Origin: Laetmonice hystrix
Lineage: Eukaryota
DNA length: 64,000 nucleotides
NCBI GenBank assembly: GCA_965235115.1
Contig: OZ249436.1
Span: 32,118,001-32,182,000 of the forward strand
Direction: 5' to 3'
The stretch's first letter is position 1. Each line of letters begins with the position of its first letter. Below, in pieces: positions 24,706 to 38,661 of this stretch. Below the pieces are notes generated by a model. It did no database searches and had not been told where the DNA came from. It was given only the letters and a program-made list of their open reading frames with translations. The position numbers and the translations under genes are program-made.

Positions 24706-27315
24706 AAATGTGGGAGCCCACCCCACAAATGACAGTCGTAAGAATGTGATGTGGAAGTGCTGTTGATCGGGGAACTGTTTTTCTCCTCCTGAAGCCGTGG
24801 AGAAACAAAGCATGACGATGATGGCAATCAACATTTGTAAAGACTAGTTGTTAGATACGCACATTTAATTGCACATCCAAATAATATATCCATCCATGAT
24901 ATATATCTATATTTGTGTGGTCTGCTTCTGTGGTTACATTCCCCTCCAAAGACTTGCTGGCCGGGGGAAGGACAGTATGAAGACTGTTGTCCTTGGAACC
25001 GTGCCGGCGACTGGGACCACCAAAGTCCAGGATGAAGGTTGCCTGCCGGACGTATCTGCTCACTGCGATCGCCGCCTTGAAAACCTGAAGGGCTGAAGTG
25101 GCCCTCAGTTTCTGTACAGTCATGCTACTATTTATTGTTTGTGTCATCACATATGGTTCATTTATTTATTGTGTGTGTGTCAAGATTGACAACTAGGCTT
25201 GAAGGATATGTCAGGATTGCAGTATGTTCACGTGCACGGCTCTCGTACTTGGCGTACTTGGGTTGGCGTAAAAGTTAGATTGTGTAATAACAGTCTGGAT
25301 TATGAGCATGATTCTGAACTTTGCAGCTTTGTAGACACGACCTCTAGCCAAGTGTTTTAGTCTTATTGCAGTATTGTCTTAAGGCAGTCCACTATATAAT
25401 CTTTAACATGCAGCACACAAGAGTCTGCAGTCGCACAGTTTCGCACCATATATACATAAATAACTACCAGTAGCAGCACTGAAAGTACCACATAGTTTGT
25501 CCAACTAATCTTGAACATACAAACATGCATTTATCAATCCATTTTTTATGTGTACATACAGGGTTATATTGCAAACATAGCTACATCGGCTGGTTTCATC
25601 TAGTGCACAGCAGAGTAGGGGGGGGGGGGTAGTCCAGTTTTTGCATTGGTTGATACCGGTTCTGGCAACTCAAATGAATACCTTAGACTCATTGCTTATC
25701 TGAAAGAGTTATCTGGAGAACTTTTGAGAGTGCAAAAATTATATGTTTGTAAAAAGAAGTCTTAAGATGAGAAAAAAAATCCTAAAATGTGCCTTGCGGC
25801 CTTCCATGATGGTAGGGCGGTCGAGATGAAGAACCCTTATTACCACGACACCTTGGCTAGGTAAAAGCTTCCTTTGTCCGACTGTTGATTGTCTCAGGAA
25901 TGCATATTTACACTTTAGTTATTGGCAAAAACTAGATCTTGAAAAATTTGGCCTTCTCAGGTATGGGCCACTGATCTGTGTTTGATGGAAATATGCTCTT
26001 GTTGATCCACCATCCTGCTTCAAAGGATGGATGTAGTGATAATTTTGATTTTTTTTTTTACAATAGATGACTGGTAGTTTGATAGGGTAAAATAGGACCC
26101 AGTAAAAGATTTGTCAAATCTGGTGAGGGGCCAGATACAGTAGAGGGAGCATACAGCCTTATGTCTAGAGATGGAATGTGTATGAGTCGAGATTTCCTGT
26201 TATACCCCTTACAAATTTATACCTGCAGATAGCAAATGGTTCGACATTTCCACTGTTATTTTCATGTTGTTAAGATATAAAGCAGAAGACCTTTGGAGTC
26301 TATAGGTTTCCACCTATTAAAGAGGATGAGAATAAGGCGGTTATAGCATTACCAAATGCCGTGTGCGCGGACATGAAATTGCACTAGATTTTTGCAGGTG
26401 TGCAATGAGGGAAGAATTGATCAGATTGTTGATGGGGTTTGAGGACCAAGCAACAGCATTTCTTCACATAATGTTGATGTCCAGGTGGTTTGGCAGTTCG
26501 CTCAGAGGTTAAAGATCCGAACACAAGAACCAAGGGTTCCCTCCTTGTTGGAGAACAGACGGATTCAACAGGAGTCAACTTGACTGCCTCTGCTATTGTG
26601 GACTTTAGTCCACATCTCCACCGCTTAGTCCTTTGGTTATTCTGTTCTGCTTATGTTGAACCACAGTGACTCTATCAATCGGGTCTGCTAGACCCACCTA
26701 GTGTTGATAAAGTAGACTCACTTGTTATAAATTGAAATATATTTTTGTTCATTGTTCAGAGCACCCATAAGGCTTACATTCGCTCAGTAAGAGTTCATAG
26801 GTCCTACAAGGTAGAAGCGAAGACTTTTCTTCCCTTTAGAGTCAGTGGTGAGGCTTATTTTTATAAAGGTTGGAGGTAATTGTATATAACCTCTGAGTCC
26901 CTTTGGCTATTCGCGTCATTATACAAAGTGTTCTAAAACCGAAATTTCATATGGTGCTTTGAAAAGTCTTAACTGAAGATGGTCACTTGAGAACCTTAAG
27001 TAAAGGCAATGCTGCCAGCTCACTTTATCAGGGTAAGAGCCCTACAAATACACATGTAGGGCTCAACCGTCGGTGGACAGGCTCTTTATAAGGTTTAACA
27101 ATATCTTACCCGTTACATATTCATGGGTATTTTCGATGAACAAGCCACAAGTTTTTTAAAGTAAAAGATTGACATGGTCCTTTGGATTACCGATACCAGG
27201 TATTAACATTGTCCACTAGATATTTTGGGTAACAGATTAGCTTCTTTTAGAGAAATTACCGTGAAAGGATCAAGTGCTATGACCTTTGATGAGCAGGTTT
27301 GATTGTTGATAAGTA

Positions 27316-27440
27316 AGTGTGTAAGGAATCTGTCTATAATAGACAGTGATCATGAGTGTGTGAGGAATCTGTCTATAATAGACAGTGATGATGAGTGTGT
27401 AAGGAATCTGTCTATAATAGACAGTGATAGTGAGTGTGTG
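27316..27440. repeat. 39-nt tandem repeat x3 with an internal palindrome
   Basis: Unit gtgtgt(a/g)aggaatCTGTCTATAATAGACAGtgat(n)a tga; period 39. Confidence 0.9.
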
Positions 27441-29454
27441 CTGTTAATGAGAGGGCTGCCTGGTGTGGAGTGTGCGAGTTGTTACGAATGTAGATATTGA
27501 CATACAGAAGCAGGTCTTTTGGCGACGTGAATGGTGGTTTGGTTTGGCCTGGTTTGGCCTGGCCTGGTTTGGTCGGAGTGAGAAGTTGACTGTTAGTGCT
27601 GTGAAGCTCGTACGCGCGCAGAACCCCGGCCAGTAGGGGGAGCCACGGGTGGCGGCAGATAGAACGAGCTGGTTACTCAGATCTGGCAGAGAATACGCGG
27701 TTGATTGTTGAGCGAGGTTGCCTTCGAATGAGAATGTGATATGAATGAATGAATTGTGAATTATTTCCTCTCTTCACTGACTGAATGTATCCTAGATGAG
27801 ATATATATATATTATATCTATATATGAAGTGTTCCCGAAAAATCCTCTTTAGATGTTGCTATATGAATGTACATGTACTTAAAACCTTGCCCCATGAGTC
27901 CAGCTCTTAGAGACCACCGTTGTCGCATTTGGACATCGTGTAGATATAGAATCAGGTATAAAAATAATGCACTGCCAGAGACACTGTACCAGTTCTAGGG
28001 TACCCACTGATTCCTTACAAATGGCCTTAGGCATGTTCATGTGATATCACAGAATTCAAAATTTGTTCCCAGTTTTATTACCGCACATTACCAAGAAGTG
28101 AACAACATATCAAACTCGACCCACGTTGCTTGTCATCTCCCGCATGATAGTGCCAAGGTGTATATGGAATGATTTTAGTTTGTTTTCTTTTGTGAGAAAT
28201 GTACTGTTTACAATTTTATACAGTTTTATACTTGGATATTGGAGGGAGAGTTTACTAAATACTTTACAAGCACATGATCTGCATGTAAAGCCACAATATT
28301 AACCCTTTGCTACTAAGAAAGTTGTTCATGTGAGAGAGAGAGAGCGAGAAAAAATCTTTTCTCTTTTGTGGGTTTCTTCTCTACAGATTTTATCAAGTAC
28401 TCAAAATTAATTCAGGGTTTGAGGGGTTTTAACGAATCGTGCGGCTGCACGCAGGTCCACGCGTCCACCCCAACACACGCCATGCTTAATAGATATTAAG
28501 TTGTCCATGGAATCAGGTTTAAACCAATGAATTCCCTCGTATGACATGTTGGGATTTACCAGTAGATGAAAACTATCCGATTGTGATTAGTTAACTATTA
28601 ATCCGTAACTCCAGTATTTTGTGTTGTCGTCATTTACTACACTACCCACATATATATCTGTATAAGTTATAAGTTTATTTAATGCGGAAAAGAAAACGCA
28701 CCGCTATCTTTGCTGTCAGTGTGCTTCATATACTAGCATTATGATTTAGTGATTATTTATTATGAGTAAAGTACTAGTGTCAACTATGTGTGTGCATAGT
28801 ACAGCTCGGTATTGAGGCTCCTACAGCTCAGAGTGTTAATGTGTAGGTATACGGTATGTACCGAGTACAAAGATTGTGGGAATGTGACGTATCACGAATA
28901 GGGTGTGTGACTGATGGTGAGATAAAGAACAAGAAACAAGCAGGGATATTGATCAAATATAAAGGACTCAGGCAGGGTTACCTCAGATGGTCAGGGCTGG
29001 AGAAATGCGAGGGGATTGGTTTGGGGCAAGTGTTGTACTTGTGCATAAGACACTAGCACTTTGAAAGAGTGTCTGGAACAACCGACATGAAGTGTTACCG
29101 TCGGGATAGGTAATTATGATGTTTCCATGTTGAAAACATTGAATGAGTTTTGAGTAGGAACGAATAGGACGAGGGAACCCGATGTTGCTGGTGGCGAGTC
29201 AGTGTGACGTGTTGATGTTGAATGATGTGATGATGAAGATGTGATGTTTGATGATGATGAAGACGGATGATGATTGGTGATTGATGGTAGTCATGGTGAC
29301 TGAGTGGTATCTGCAGGACCACACCCCCACAGTCCAGGGGTGTGACGTCAGACTCATGGTACCCTGACTGGGGGATGGGGTAAAATACCACTGAACTAGG
29401 ATTGTATTCAGCTGTCACACTGAGACACTCATTTGTACCAGAGTTATTTATATC

Positions 29455-29460
29455 AATAAA
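29455..29460 (+). terminator. Candidate distal poly(A) signal of the KLF gene (~4.7-kb 3'UTR)
   Basis: First canonical AATAAA I found after the stop, followed by GT/T-rich tgtttgcttgtttgt. Confidence 0.45.
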
Positions 29461-32400
29461 CAAAATTTGCAATTGTAATTGCACATGCCATGTTTGCTTG
29501 TTTGTCACACCTGGTGGGGACATTAGGGAAATGACACGTTACGTAATTACAGAAGAAGTGCCTCTCCACTTGACTTCCCTTTGTAACGAAGTGAATCTTA
29601 TTACAGTCTGATACGTATTCATTTTACGAAAACAATACTCAAAGAAAGACGAAGATCCGTATAACAAAACCCGATCGTAAATCATTGATGAATAAATCCG
29701 ATTCCTTCGGTAACATAATTATCAATTTGTATTGAACGCGACAAGACGGGGGTCCTGAACGAGGTCACCCCCCCCCCCCTCCTCGTCCTCAACCTCGTGT
29801 GTGGGTTTTCACGCACTGGGCGAGCCTTTTGTTTGGGGACGCTAGTACGAATGGCGCTCACCAGGGGTCCGGTTCCCCGGCAACAGATGGTGACGTAGTG
29901 AGGTGGAACGCTCACAGACCGAGGTCGGGACCCAACAAAGGATCGGTCGGTCTCAAGTCTGCCAGGCAGGCGGTAACAGGGTCCGCGTGTGTCCGGGGGG
30001 TGAACTGATCACTCAGACCTCCCCACCCCCCTTCCACCATGACTAACGTTATAACTGTTTCCTTACTGGTAGGAAATACCCAGTTGTGTTATGAATTTAT
30101 ACCCCTAAACGTGTTTCTATGTCTTGTTCCTCGATAGAAACTTGTAAATGTGTCTTGAAAAAAGTGTGGTTGAGAGAGGTATACATGTATATGGCATATT
30201 ACAGCAAACGAGAAAATAATCAAGCATTTCAACATTTTAACTTGATATGTTTTTGCTCTTTTTCTCAATACTACGAAAATGGACTTTAATAGCCTTGTTG
30301 TACTGACCCCTTCAATTAGGAATTCGTGTTTCCCATTAAAAATGCCGAGAGATCCATGAATTAAAGGGCCTCCAAAATGATGGCCATCCAATCCATTCTG
30401 ACTTCAGGTGGAGGACAGTTGATATGGAAACACGATATGCAATTGTTATCAAAGAAGAGCATTTATCTCTCCATCTGTATTTCAGGAAAATGTCTCGAGA
30501 GAATGTCCTTTCGCCCTGTCGCTCTGTCGTCCTGCCGTCCTATACCGTCGCCCTTTCCTTTTGTGTCTTGGCTCTTTGTCCATTTCCCGCGCCATGAATG
30601 TGGGTCTCTGGTACAGAAATAACGTACCAATGATGCATGCAGGTTGGATGAGGACGGGGTGGGGTGGGGGGTGGGGGTTACATCGCCCATGGTAACTTAA
30701 CCCCCACGAAATTTTGTCGGAAATAAATATCTATCACTATCCAGCATACCCATGACCTTATATCCCTAACCCCTAACTCCGGCGCCTAGACCTCCGAACC
30801 CAAAGATTTTGTGGAGAGAACAACCTGACGGGGGAAAGTTTGCCTATAACACAGATAAGGACTTTATCTGTGTTTCATCAATGGATTTGCTAATTTCAGG
30901 GCCTCACTGCCGGCTGATGTGTTCTCTGCTTGGTTTAGTTAGCCTAATGAGTTAATGATGGGATATATCTATTGATGAGCTGTAGAGTACAATAATAGGA
31001 CTAAAGAGGGTGCCGGAAAGGTTTAGACTCTATGTACTATGGGGTGTAAACTTGTCACCATAATTTTTATATAGGGAAGTAGAATTGACACTTTTTACAT
31101 TGTGCGGCTTTTCTGAGTCTTATTTAGGCCTTTAATATAATAGGCCTACTGAACAAGCAGTAGGCTTACGGAAGTCGACTGAAGCAATTATAAGGAACGG
31201 AAGTCATAAAACAGAAACCCTTAACTGGGATCAGTTTAGGTCGTCACCCCATCCCCCTACATCCCAGATCCTCGGAGAGACATGTGTCAACGCGTTTTGC
31301 CGAGTTCTTTGTCCCTTTGTCTGTTTTCCCGCGTTCGAGATCTAAGTAGGTCTTTGGGGTAACGGTGACCTCTGGTGATACAGCGGTGGAAGTGACAAGT
31401 CAAGTGATGGTGGGCGACGCGCATGTCGGTCCCGCACCCCCTTATACCCCCGCCGGGATCGTAGACTGCGGGTAGAGCGGGCAAGGTGACAAAGAGAACC
31501 ACGTGGTTGGTGTCGTCCGTATGGCCTGAACGCATGGCCGGGCCACGTGCCACACACGCCGAGTAATTCCAGCACCGCTGAGATGACACAGGAAACGACC
31601 TGATAGAAAATGTATTTCCTGTAACCTGATGTAGCGGTCAATCTTAAAGATTTAGCCTATTTTATCTGATATGCCCATACCTCAAACACAGGCGATAAAA
31701 GTCTTGACTGCAGTGGGGGTGGGGGTCCTACACAGTGGTCATCACAGCCGATCGATAGGCCTACAGACACCCAGGGGCGGATCTAGATTTCAGGAAGGGC
31801 CGGGGGGGGGGGGGTGATGTTTGAGTGAATAAGGTTTACTGAAGTGACCCCTGAAAAGCCAAAAGGGTCCGGAAGCATGCATGTTGCCTAGTTTTGTGCT
31901 CTATTTTAGTAGTACCATAACATAATACTTAATAGTCAGCAGCTGAAGGGGTGGGTGCAACCCCTAGATCCGCCACTGGACATGGGGTTGCGTACTATAT
32001 ATTAGGCTAAAAAAGAGCTAGGACAGAAACTGCATGAGAAAGGATTAAAAAAAAAAATCAAACCAACACAGGGATCATCACAGCATTATAGGTCTATAGG
32101 TCACACAAAGGTAGAGTTTTTCGTGCGGATGAATCCCATAGAGTCTATATCTAGGCCTAGGCCATATTGTTTAGGGGTGAATCCGTTTTCAGGGAAGTGC
32201 AAGACCTCGGAAGTCCTCTATAATACAGACCTAGGTAAGTAAGCCATGCACTTTGCCTCAGTGTTATCATCTTTCCTATCGTGTTACTGTTAAGCAATTC
32301 TGTTTGTTTGTCTTACCGTACTGATTTAATAAGGTTGGCACAATCTTCTTTATATTCTCCCTCTCGATCTTTCATTTGCCTCTCTTTCTATTCATTTTTG

Positions 32401-33172
32401 TCCTAGTGAGAATTGCCTTCTTGTAAAATACCTTGCTTTTTATTAATGCAAGTATTCAACCCTGAAAACCCTGAGAAAAACCGAAATAGTGTATTTATTG
32501 AGTGTTTGGCATGGATATATTGAGGTGGGGGGGGGGGGCTATCGATTGAACTGCCATCTGGTAGACAATGCCGCAAGCAGAGAGGGGTGCACAGCCTCCC
32601 CGCTCACTCCCTAGGTGGCTCTGTGGTCACTCGCGGCGTCGATCACAGAGCCACCTAGCGAGTAAACCGGGAACCAGCTTAGGGCTAGACCGGAAACAGT
32701 CCACTCGCTATGCTTTGGCTTTGCCCTTGGTGGGTCCGCTTGATCATAGACGTCCCTTTACGTCTATGGCTTGATGCATTCGGAACACCGAGGCCCACCT
32801 AACCCAAACAGGACCCCAAACACACTGTCCCGCATCATGGATACCAAGGATAATACTGGACTGTGTGTGTTATGTTTAGAGATCCCCAGCAACAGGGCAT
32901 ACACAACGGTAACACAACAAAAACACGGTGTTTTTTCCGAATATTTTCGGGAATTAGGTAGACCAGACGTTTTGACACTAGCATGGAGCAGAAGCATCAT
33001 ATGTCGATCTTGTTCACGCCTTCTTGGGAGAAGGCTAAAACTTGAGGAAGATTACAGAAATAGACATTCGATGTTCGACCGTATACGGCTACCAGTTCAA
33101 GATACAATGAATAATACGCTGCACATGGGGCCGGCAGCTCCACAATCTCGGTGTGACCTCTTAGACTTAGAA

Positions 33173-33502
33173 TCACCAAAAAAAGAACCTGCCGACTCGC
33201 AGTGGCTAGGCCTCTCAGACTCAGTATCACCAGAAAAGGAACCTGTTGACTCTCAGGAATACACGGCATATCTGGGCCTCTCAGCCTCACCAGAAGAAGA
33301 ACCTGCCGACTCTCAGTATCTGGGCCTCCCGGTATCACCAAAAAAAGAACCTGCTGACTCTCGGTGTCTGGGCCTCTCGGTATCACCAAAAAAAGAACCT
33401 GCTGACTCTCGGTGTCTGGGCCTCTTACTCTCAGTATCACCAGAAAAAGAACCTGCCGACTCTCAGTGTCTCGGCCTCTCAGTATCACCAGAAAAAGAAC
33501 CA
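33173..33502 (+). repeat. Coding tandem repeat, ~48-nt unit encoding SP(K/E)(K/E)EPADSxxLGLSV, 7 copies
   Basis: Repeated tcaccaaaaaaagaacctgctgactctcggtgtctgggcctctcggta; all length variants are in frame. Confidence 0.9.
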
Positions 33503-35053
33503 GTAACTCAGACTGGAACTTCCAGTGGAAGACATTCTGCTCTAGGTGAAATGAATGCCAGTTCTGGAAATAAAAGAGTATTAATAATATCTCCTATCAT
33601 CAACCCTCCAAAATTAGCCAAAAAATCTAAGGCAGAGACTTGCCTTAGATTTACTGATAAATGGGACAAACGCACACAAGTTGCACCAGAAACACGCAGC
33701 TGTGGGACATCCACCACCACCATGGGACCGACAGCGAGGGCTGATGCAACGACGCAAACATCACAACGACGAGAATTTCATGAGGCAATGGTAAGCTTCT
33801 CTGCTCATGTTTTATTTTCTGCCTGGAAAACGAGGCCCTAGATCTTTTTTTCTTTTGCATGTATTCCACTTTCCAGTCAAATCTATGAATAAGCCAAGTG
33901 CTCGGATCAGTAGCCGCCCAGTGCTCTTTAGCCGCCCAGCACAAATCCAAAAAGTGCCACCCAGCAGGAATTTTTATTAGGCCTATCATCTGATAAATGT
34001 GTGTACATATTAATTTGATTGAATGTGTTTACATATTAATTTCTCATACCGTCTCTTGTTCATCCATACAAAGGCACTAACCAAACAGCCACCACCCACA
34101 CTTCTTGTGAAATGAAACCTGTGTGCTTCAGTGCTAGCCCAAAACTACTGCGCGACACTCAATTTTTTTCTGGGCACATCCCTGGACAGTTTATCCGACA
34201 TGATATATTTTCCCTTAGCTTAACTTAAAGGAGAAGTCCAGTCAAAAATCACATTTGGACAGCTGCAAGGCCTCTATATATACACTCACCTTTCAGAGTA
34301 GTGGTTGGAAATAAATGTCCCCCCATTCCAAGAAGTGATAAGTTGAACATGACAACCGTGTCAAAATCACTGGCTTCAGCGGCGCAGCCATTTGTTACTA
34401 TTGGGCTGGCCGGAAGTGACGTTCCAGGGCCCATCTATTGCATGCCGGGGCTAAGCTAGACTAGACTAAAGTAAAGGCAGCCGAGGCGGGTCGGCAAAAT
34501 CAACGGGGGTCAGTCCCACAGTCACAGTCACCACTAAAACAGGTCTGTGCTGAACTGACCACAGAAGTCTGACACTGCCAGCACCTGCCCGCGGTCGGAG
34601 CCACGGTCAGGGCCTGGCCCTTGGCCCATTGGCCCTGCGGGCCACTGGGCCGAGTCGACCCTGATATACCGGGTCCATTCTGATTTATCCCCTGACATCA
34701 GTAGGCTTAATTCCTAGCCATTCCTCATCACTATGACCGATGGTTTTCGTCTATGTTCTAACAAATTTTGCTTGTATAAATAAGCTGTCAACGTTCACTC
34801 AACGCAACAGGTGCGTCAGTTTTTCGTTCCTCCCAACCTGAAAAGCAGTGGTCGGAGCATGCGCAATGTGAGATTAGCCCAAGGAGCTTTGTAAATTGCT
34901 TAGAATATCACGGCCTGTGTGCCTGGCCTGTACACACTGGCGGTGGACAAAAATCACACTTGGACCACTGCAAAGCCTCCAAGCAGGTATCCAAGGGGAG
35001 TGTGCAGGGGTGCGTGCCACCTCTTTTTTTTGAGAAGTGATTTTTTTTTTCAG

Positions 35054-35615
35054 TTAAAGATAAACCGGCGTGGGACGGTCACTACATCTGGTGGCAGAGA
35101 ACGGTACTAATATTTCCTATTGGATTAAACTGGCGTGATATTCAAAAAAATGAAATTTTTTGTGTATAGTATATAGTCATAGTATAAGCTTTCAAATAAA
35201 CCATAAAAAATGATAGGTTTTTATTCTCATTTTCGAGAAAAGGATGGTTTAAGAATGGTCAATTTAACATTGAACTCAATGAAACCCGTTTTTTGCATTG
35301 AAGCTTTTCCACTCTAGATCAAAAATTAGAATGGTGGCCTACCTTTTTCTCTCGTTTAAAATGATCAATATTGTCCTAGGATGAATATATAATTTGGAAG
35401 AATGTTATTAGCAGAAGTAGTTCAGCGGAAGTAAAAACGTCCCAGAAGGTCTATATCCCCATTGAATGACAATCCTATGTTAAATTGATCAATCTTTACC
35501 CGTCATTTTCCCTAAAATTTATTTGAAGCTTATACTATGACTATGCTATATACAAAAAAATTAGAACTTTGGTATTGTTTTTCATTTTTGGCCTATGACG
35601 TCGGTTTATCTTTAA
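35054..35615. mobile_element. Kolobok-like non-autonomous element (TTAA TSD, AG...CT ends)
   Basis: TTAA-agataaaccg ... cggtttatct-TTAA; internal inverted arms tagtcatagtataagctttcaaataaa / tttatttgaagcttatactatgacta. Confidence 0.75.
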
Positions 35616-36575
35616 GCTGGACTAAAGTATTCATCAATTTTATGAGTGGTGGCAACACTGTCATGCCGGTCCTCCCTCTAACAAAGGCAGCTGTTTCCGT
35701 TAGATATACACTTTCAAATACCATTGGTCATTATTCTCTAGGGGGTTTATGACTTCCATAAAGTCTTGTTTAATTAACACCCAATGTGACACTAAAAGTC
35801 AAACATAATTAATTAGGCCAACCTGGCCAACTTTAGAACCGTTAACCGTGGATGTTTCTTCAGGTCTATTGTAAAAGGGCAAATCCATCTCAAAACAAAA
35901 TTAACAAATATAGAAGTAAAGCTTTTTTTTTAGGATACTAAAATGGGATACAGTTTTAATTAATGGTAAATAGTTATCTGCATAAGATTGTGTGGTTTCA
36001 TTACAGATTTTAGTCAGGAAATCAACAGGGGTTCACAACTGCTTTCTCAAAGAGCCTATCTACACCCGCCTATGTAAAGCCATCGCACGTGGAGAAAAAA
36101 AGGATTTCATTGCAAGGTAGGCTGTACAATTTGGGGGTTATCTAGCATAGTATGCTAAATTTTGAAATATTTACAGTACTTAGCAACACACTGACAATCT
36201 ACAGTGATTGTGATTAACATTGACAGAAAGGAAGAATTTTGATCAAAAACAGAAGTGATGGTGGTGGTGGTATAAACTTGTTTAAGTTATTAGGGCATGT
36301 TCAATATGTTGTGCCCTAATTAGGTTTAAATGTTTCAGACTTCTCTTCAATGATGCAGAAATAGGTGAACATTTGAAAGATTTGTTTCTGAAGAAGCTCA
36401 ACCGTGAGGCTATCAAACTCAGTTCAAAATCAACCAACTGCCTGACAATGAGGAAGGATGTCGATTCATTAACCAACATTCCCATAGATGACATCTTATC
36501 TGATTGGAAGGAGTTGAATCCTCTCGTGTTAAGGTAAAACTGAGTGACTGATACTGCATAAATGTAAAGCTAATA

Positions 36576-37300
36576 CAGTAAAACCTCTCTATTACGGACA
36601 CCTTCAATTTGGTACTGGGCCTAGGCAGGGGTGAAAATTGGGAGAAATCACCTACTAACCAGCAGGGCTAGTTAAGTAGAAACTTACCTAGCCCTGCTGT
36701 AAATGAACTAGCCAGCAGGGCGAGTTTAGGTGAGAACTCTATGCAGTAGCAGGTGCTGCCTTCACTAGAAGGTCTGGTATTGTTACTTAGATTTCGAACC
36801 TACTGAACATTCTAAGTTCTCTGCCTCTGAGTGCCCCCCTGCCAAATACATGTACATGTACTCCGCTGTTCCCAGTCCTCTCCAACTGGTTCATGGCTGG
36901 GTGTCTGCTCGTCTGCGCCCAGGTATTCTGATTCGGTGAGAGGCTCAGGAAGTTTCAGGGCTAACTGAGCCTTCTCAAACATCTGGACCAAGGGGGTGTC
37001 ATCCTCATCACCTTGGCTGAAGGTCTCTGGATCACCAGGGAGACTGACTCCGACGAAACACTTTTTTATAGTGGATGGCTTGACTTCCTTGATGGCCTCA
37101 CATATTATGATATGTTTGGGGCATTTTCCCCCCATTTTTAAGGGGTCTCCAGGGGGTGTCCTCTGGGTGAGGGACCCCCCCCCCCTGGAGGGTTTCCGGA
37201 TTGCGGAGGGGTTGCTATAATAGAAATGTATAAAAAAAACCATCAGGACTGACCCTAACTATTCGTTAATACGAAGTGTCCGTAAGTAGAGGTTTTACTC
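36576..37300 (-). mobile_element. pogo/Tigger deletion derivative with a transposase C-terminal remnant
   Basis: TA-cagtaaaacctctctattacggacac ... gtgtccgtaagtagaggttttactc-TA; minus-strand EAIKEVKPSTIKKCF...ESEYLGADEQTP resembles the Tigger DDE C-terminus. Confidence 0.75.
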
Positions 37301-37681
37301 TACATGTGTACATGTAACCGAAAAATGTTTAAAAATGTAATTGTATTGTAATGTTGGTAACAAAACTATGGAAAATTAATAATCAATTACAGCAAAACAA
37401 TGAGATTTCATTCCTACTTCAGGACATTTGAAGCGCTGACCAGGAAAGACAAACCAATTACCACATTGAGTTTGGGGTCACTTTGCCTGTTCAGTCAAAA
37501 CCCAGAAAACAACAGACTGCAAACTGCAATTGGCATAATCCTGAATGATGGAGGTGCCCCAAATAAGGTAAAAAAGTTGTGGACGGAAGCGTTTATAAAG
37601 GTAAACCTCCACCCATACTTCTCTATTGAATGGGTGTAATCTCAACAGATATATTTCTTTATATTTCTTCTCTATCCTTTG

Positions 37682-38250
37682 TACAGGGCATCTCAGAAAA
37701 AAAACCCACGAAATTCTGAAATATCATCATTTTGTGAGCAAATGATACTAACACGATATAAGTTACCAAGTGTATTTGGTAGGCGTAAACCTCCTCTTTC
37801 CAATGGTGTGTCGATCTCCTCAATCGAGTCAGAGTTGACCAAAATTATTATTGTTTCCCTGCCACTACCAGAATGCAGCCTGGGACCGAGTTAATTTGTA
37901 TGAAAATCAGTGCATGAGATGTAATTGGAACAAAGGGTGAAGACGAAATCTGAATGTTATACATTTGTACTCAATTTTATTCATCATTAATATGTCTGCA
38001 CTAACCATGTAAAACTTGTCAAATGATAAACAAATTGATTATCTAACAGTAATTTCGTCTTTCCCGTTTGTTCCAATTGCATCTCATGCACTGATTTTCG
38101 TATACCTGGTCCCAGGCTGCATTCAAGTTGTGGGAGGAAAACATTAATTCGGTCAACTCTGACTCAATTGAGGAAATTGACACACCATTGGAAAGAGGAG
38201 GCGTTGGCCTATCAGAGACACTTGGTAACTTATATCTAATTTCGTTTTGT
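37682..38250. mobile_element. Foldback/Tc1-type MITE with long inverted arms
   Basis: Starts tacagggca; gatataagttaccaagtg...cagagttgacc mirrored by ggtcaactctg...cacttggtaacttatatc; right end disrupted. Confidence 0.7.
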
Positions 38251-38259
38251 ATATGCAGG

Positions 38260-38336
38260 CATGGGCGTCGCCAGAATTTTTTCCGGGGGGGGGGGCATCC
38301 AGGGGGGCATGTGCCCCCCCCCTTGCGATGCCCATG
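38260..38336. mobile_element. 77-bp hAT non-autonomous element with 8-bp TSD
   Basis: TIR catgggcgtcgc / gcgatgcccatg; TATGCAGG duplicated at 38252-38259 and 38337-38344. Confidence 0.85.
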
Positions 38337-38454
38337 TATGCAGGGCTCTAAACATTTGAAAAATCTCTGGTGACAGTGTGTCGATAGGTTGACATGTAGA
38401 GTTCTGAGTAATAGTCAATATTTTGCAACTGGTGTCTTAATTTGATTCAAAATA

Positions 38455-38661
38455 CCGTATACAGTTGTGTATGTCCCTTTAGCCGCGCACTACCTATTTG
38501 CCGCGCACCCCCGCATTTTTTCAAACAAGGTGCGCCGGAAACCCATATTCGACGCGCCACCTAGTGTAAAATTTTGTAAGCTCCCGGCACAACCTTCCTA
38601 TTGCCGCGCACTGCTTTTCTGCACACGCACATGCGCGGCTAAAGTAAAGGGACATATACGG
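38455..38661. mobile_element. Short Tc2/pogo-like MITE
   Basis: ccgtata...tatgtccctttagccgcgca / tgcgcggctaaag...ggacatatacgg; internal gccgcgcac repeats. Confidence 0.5.

Noticed and set aside
30763..30778. CCCTAACCCCTAAC as telomere repeat or telomerase RNA template
   Set aside because: Only two imperfect units within a repeat-like stretch; no pseudoknot, CR4/5 or H/ACA domain recognisable nearby.
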